DNA of 64,000 nt from a virus (taxonomy: Duplodnaviria > Caudoviricetes). Position numbers and translations under genes: made by a program. Below the pieces are notes generated by a model. It made no database searches. It saw nothing but the letters and a program-made list of their open reading frames with translations, and was not told the origin of the DNA. Positions 59,884 to 64,000 of this stretch are shown one piece after another. The number at the start of each line of letters is the position of its first letter. Position 1 is the first letter of the stretch. The stretch is taken from the IMG/VR virus record IMGVR_UViG_2645727545_000002, positions 72,329 through 136,328 of that record; one strand, 5' to 3'.

Positions 59884-60060
59884 TTAATTGTTGATGCTGT
59901 TTCTAAATGACGCAAAGATTTCAAATTTTACATTTTTAGCAAACCGAACCTTATATTTTATTTCTTTTACATTTCGATGAAATGAATTAGAAACAAAAAT
60001 GAGAATAATTATAAGAGCTAATATTATTGCAATTAGACTTAAAATTATAATTGTCGTCAT
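59884..60060 (-). CDS. Small single-TM protein, 58 aa (not in the ORF track)
   Basis: MTTIIILSLIAIILALIIILIFVSNSFHRNVKEIKYKVRFAKNVKFEIFASFRNSINN; RBS inside a hairpin. Confidence 0.65.
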   Translation of the reverse strand: MTTIIILSLIAIILALIIILIFVSNSFHRNVKEIKYKVRFAKNVKFEIFASFRNSINN

Positions 60061-60519
60061 TTCCTACCCCTTTCTGTACAATAATACGAAAAGGGATACA
60101 TACATTTTGTAAGTAATATTTCAAATTATAATTTCCTTTCTGTGTATACTGTTTTCATTTCGTATACAAGATGTATACTTCCACAGACGCTTCTGCCAGA
60201 CACATACCCGTGGCAACGGATTGGTTGTGGTAGATCCAATCGATATGTATCCAATTACATTATAACAGAATTTCACTGGAATTAAATATAGATTTTCTTT
60301 ATTTTATATAGTATGATGAAATAAACTATTATGAAATGGAGAATAATGTTATGTGTGAAAATTCAAGAAACCGTGAACCTGTCAGATGGGAAATATCAAG
60401 CAAAAATCCTTCAAGAGGAACTGCTCCATCTCCTATCGATATTTTCAATCAAGACATTTCTATGAATCAGGAAGGAGAAACCGAAGATTAGTATAAATAT
60501 AAATGAACTATTATACCAA

Positions 60520-61071
60520 ATGCCGCTCTTGTTGGAATTCCTGGTACCTGGTTTTTTATTTATGACAATGTTTAATTATTTTACATCGTCAAAAATAGAA
60601 CATTCAATTCTATGGAGCGTTGCAATAAGCTACATATTAAAAGCATCATGTAGTTCTTTACATGAATTCTTTTTTGTTGATATTGTTTTTAAATGGAATG
60701 AACGTGTTATTGTTCTTGTTTTAATATCGATTATTATGGCAATTATTTTAATTCGATTTTATGAATCAGAATGGTTGAATAAAATATTTACATTCATTAA
60801 TTTCAAAACACAACATGATTGTATTTGGAATGATGTAATTGATATGAAAAGAGGAACAACATTGAAAATTATTTGTGATGATGCTATTTATATCGGAATA
60901 TTGGATATGTTTGAAGAACATGGAAAAGATTCTTGGTTTGTATTGTCTGATTGTATTATACAAGAAAATGAAGAATCTTACGATTCAAGTAAATCAAATT
61001 TTCCATGCAAAATTGCAATTAATTTAAATGATGTAAAAAGAATAGAATTATATTATGAAAACACAGAGTAG
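60520..61071 (+). CDS. DUF6338-like membrane protein (moron)
   Basis: FLVPGFL start, three TM helices, YIG beta domain. Confidence 0.6.
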   Translation: MPLLLEFLVPGFLFMTMFNYFTSSKIEHSILWSVAISYILKASCSSLHEFFFVDIVFKWNERVIVLVLISIIMAIILIRFYESEWLNKIFTFINFKTQHDCIWNDVIDMKRGTTLKIICDDAIYIGILDMFEEHGKDSWFVLSDCIIQENEESYDSSKSNFPCKIAINLNDVKRIELYYENTE

Positions 61072-61405
61072 ATTTATTTCTTCTCTGTGTTTTATTTTAT
61101 TTTTGTAAATTCTTAAAATTATTTTAACTGAATATAAATTTGTAAACTAGAAAAAGCACCTGTTTTCAGATGCTCTTTCTAGTACTCTTGCATAATCCGT
61201 TTACCAGACGGATCTTAGATGAATATAACTTAACTCTATTGGATTTTAATTATAACATATGACGGTGAAAAATGCAATGTTTTATGTCACTTTATTAAAC
61301 TTCTATTACAATTGACGACGTTTGTTTATAGGTTTGCGATTTGAAAGGTGGTAAGTTTTTCAATGTAACTATAATTTTAAGCAACATAAAACAATTGTGT
61401 AAATC

Positions 61406-61504
61406 TTATTTGTGTCTTTCTTTTAAGTAGTCGCGAATTGCAACATAGACAAAACGTGCTATGTTAACTGCAATCATGACAGACCAATAGAGTTCTTCTG
61501 TCAT
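61406..61504 (-). CDS. 32-aa hydrophobic peptide (type I toxin-like; not in the ORF track)
   Basis: MTEELYWSVMIAVNIARFVYVAIRDYLKERHK with an upstream AGGA. Confidence 0.5.
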   Translation of the reverse strand: MTEELYWSVMIAVNIARFVYVAIRDYLKERHK

Positions 61505-61688
61505 ACCATCCTGCTTTCTCATCGTCATCGCAAGTTATGTTATTATAAAAGCAATTCAGTTACAATAACGAATCTATTTTACCACAAATATAATTATATG
61601 TATAGCATGGGATTTATAAAACTGCTACTGCTCTCCTTTCGTGAGGGCTTTTTTTGTTGTCCAAATTTGAGAGGAGTGATTTTAAAAA

Positions 61689-63055
61689 ATGAGTGAATAT
61701 GAAGTACGGGTTAACACGAATGTTGATACAAGTGAACTAGATGCTGCACAGAAAAAGTTAGATAATTTAGTTAAAAATGGAAAGCATATTAAAGTTGATT
61801 TTGATATTCAGGGAATGAAGAATCTGAATAAGATCAACGGTATGTTTAAGAATATAGAGAAATCATTTGGTTCTGCAGGAAAAATTGCTGGACAAAATTT
61901 TAATAAAGGATTTGAAAATACACAAAACAAATCTGGTTCAAATAAGTTCTCAGGAATAGATAAAGAATTAGAGAAGTTGAAAAAAGGTTTGGGTAATTTC
62001 AAATACGATTCCGTTTCGGCAAAAATGGAAAGCCAACTTAATAAGTATGCAAAACAGAGCGGAAATAAAATGCTTGAAGAAGCTCGTGCTGCAAAAAAAA
62101 TATATGATGATTCTATTAAATCAATAAAAGAATTGTCCTCTAAAGGAAAGTTAGACTTTAATGATGTAAATGTTCAGAATACATTTTCTAATTTGACTAA
62201 ATCTAGTGAAAGATTTAAAAATGCAATGTCTGCTGTTAATTCAGAATTATCAAAGACAATTTCTGTATCAGAAGCACATTCTGCTGCGAATAAGACTTTA
62301 TCTTGGCTACAAGCAAACACAAAAGCGGCGGATAAATATGGTGATCAATTAGAGGAATTAGCAAATAAGCAACGGAACGCATTAACAGCTGGAGATTTAA
62401 AAGAATATACATCACAGGTAAGAGCTATCCAGTCTGCTGCAAGTGCTGAAGGCTTAACCGGAATGAGTAAGATCGCAGAATTGAAACGTGCGGTTACTCA
62501 AATCGGAGAGTTTGTCGGAATTTATGGCGTATTACAGAATGTTGTAATGGACGGAAGTCGAATGATGGTTCAATCAGTAATGGATGTGGACAAAGCAATG
62601 ATTGAACTTACAAAAGTAAGCAATGCATCGCCTACCGATTTGTCAAATTATTTTGATGAAGCTGCTGATAGTGCAAAAAATATGGGGCTACTATTAGCGA
62701 TGTAATACAAAGTACTGCGGATTGGTCACGGCTCGGATATGGTCTTAAAGATGCAAAACAATTATCTGAGACTACAACTTTATTGGAGAAAATTGGAGAT
62801 AACATGACACAGGAATCTTCGTCTGAAGGTCTTATTTCCACTTTAAAAGGTTTTAATCTCCAAGCAGATGAAGCAATGTCTGTTGTAGACAAAGTTAATG
62901 AAATTGCCAATACTCAACCCATAGATACGTCGGGAATATTTGAAGCCCTTAAAAGATCAGCATCATCAATGAGTGCCGCAAATAATACGTTGTCTGAAAC
63001 AATTGGATTGATTACAGCTGCAAATAGTGTTGTTCAAGATCCAGCATCTGTCGGT
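61689..63055 (+). CDS. Tape measure protein, exon 1 (frameshift ~62680)
   Basis: Helical; VDKAMIELTKV, VVDKVNEIAN, ITAANSVVQDPASVG typical of the TP901-family tape measure core. Confidence 0.9.
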
Positions 63056-64000
63056 AAATAGCTTGCCGACATTAAAAGTAGCTATATCGGTTAAAAGCTA
63101 GAGGTAGTTAAGACCGAGGAAAGACTTAGTAGGTATATACACACCAGTTAGGAAGGGTGTGTATTTTTTATATACAAATTTAAGGAGATGATTTACATAC
63201 CAGCAAAAGGACAATTATCTGGATATTTTATAAACTGCGAAAATTGTGGAAAAGAAATATATCAAACAAAAACACAGTATAATAGAGCAAAACATCATTT
63301 TTGTAGCAATAAGTGTCAAAAAGATTTTCAGCATAATCAATTATTTGAAGACCGTGTTTGTGAAATATGTGGGAATGTATTTCATGTAAGTAAAAAATCA
63401 AAACAACGATTCTGTTCTATTCAATGTCAAGGAACATGGCAATCAAGTCTAGTTGGAAAATTGAACCCTAGAAACACAAGAGAGATAATAACATGCGAAT
63501 ATTGTAGTAAAGATTTTTACGAAAAAGCATATAAAATTAAATCTAAACAATATCACTTTTGTTCAAATGAATGCAGAAAATCTTGGTATTCAGAGGTGTT
63601 TAGCCAAAGTAATGATTGGAAAGAAAAATCCAGAGAACGAGCAGTAAATATATTGGCGAAAAGTAATGGAAACACTAATACAAAGCCACAAAGAATAATA
63701 AATTCTATATTAGACAATATGAATATTTCATATATAAATGAAAAAAGGATTTAAATACTATGCCGTTGATAACTACTTAGATAAATATAATTTAATAATC
63801 GAAGTAATGGGAGACTTTTGGCATTGTCATCCTTTAAAATACACAAAAGATACTATGAAAGAAATACATAAAAAAAAGAGTTCCAAAAAGATAAAGCAAA
63901 GCACACGTATTTTAAGAATAACTATGAAATTGAAATATTATACTTATGGGAAAATGACATTTATAATAATGTTGAAGTTTGCGTAGAACTAATTAAAGAA
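63056..64000 (+). ncRNA. Group I intron in the tape measure gene (3' end outside the window)
   Basis: P1 UGUCGGU/GCCGACA with U.G; in-frame stop right after; UAUCGGU...ACCGAGGAAAG core-like segment. Confidence 0.75.
63188..64000 (+). CDS. Intron-encoded zinc-finger-repeat + Vsr/DUF559-like endonuclease (frameshifts, truncated by the window)
   Basis: Three CxxC...FCS..C repeats; VDNYL...IIEVMGDFWH. Confidence 0.8.

Larger units (their letters stand above)
1..64000. mobile_element. Large SPbeta-like phage/prophage segment
   Basis: YonO-like RNA polymerase, YonK/YonJ-like genes, HU, terminase, portal, capsid, tail and tape measure in an order resembling the SPbeta yon/yom cluster; no host housekeeping operons; no ends or att site visible. 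Confidence 0.9.

Noticed and set aside
2770-63986. Many split genes (clamp, UmuC, helicase, RNA polymerase, RNase, recombinase, terminase, portal, holin, tape measure) as pseudogenes or programmed frameshifts
   Set aside because: Breaks are mostly single-base indels at homopolymer runs, spread through essential genes, typical of unpolished long reads; only the tail-gene site has a stimulatory structure
1-64000. Stop-codon reassignment
   Set aside because: TAA, TAG and TGA all end intact genes; interrupted genes continue in other frames rather than through stops; no suppressor tRNA seen
1-64000. CRISPR array, reverse transcriptase or arbitrium genes
   Set aside because: No regularly spaced repeats, no RT motif, and no TPR receptor/peptide pair seen in this window

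Overview
About 64 kb of an AT-rich, large SPbeta-like phage or prophage of a Firmicute (probably a gut Clostridia/Lachnospiraceae host; host is inferred, not shown). Layout: (1) 1-11 kb, a leftward array of small accessory genes, including a beta-clamp, a ParB-like protein and a DUF6273-like protein; (2) 11-20 kb, a control and origin zone with a long structured non-coding leader, small HTH/RHH regulators beside palindromic operators, a DUF4258/YgiT-type TA pair, a DnaA-box cluster, and UmuC/YolD; (3) 20-42 kb, rightward UvrD helicase, CoiA-like nuclease, a YonO-type single-subunit RNA polymerase, a ~607-nt ROOL-like RNA, five tRNAs, a beta-CASP RNase, free-standing HNH and GIY-YIG endonucleases, YonK/YonJ-like genes, HU, BRO and a tyrosine recombinase; (4) 42-64 kb, terminase, portal, capsid, tail, holin and the start of the tape measure gene. 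Three group I introns interrupt the RNA polymerase, terminase and tape measure genes, each carrying a different homing-endonuclease family. The most unusual signals are a T(A/G)AAA-N6-TTT(C/T)A site at nine gene junctions of the accessory array (possible gene-cassette recombination system), two unassigned pseudoknotted RNA candidates, a probable -1 frameshift at the end of the major tail gene, and three reverse-strand small membrane-peptide cassettes. Many long genes are split at homopolymers; these look like long-read errors. All family assignments are by motif recognition only; no searches were run.
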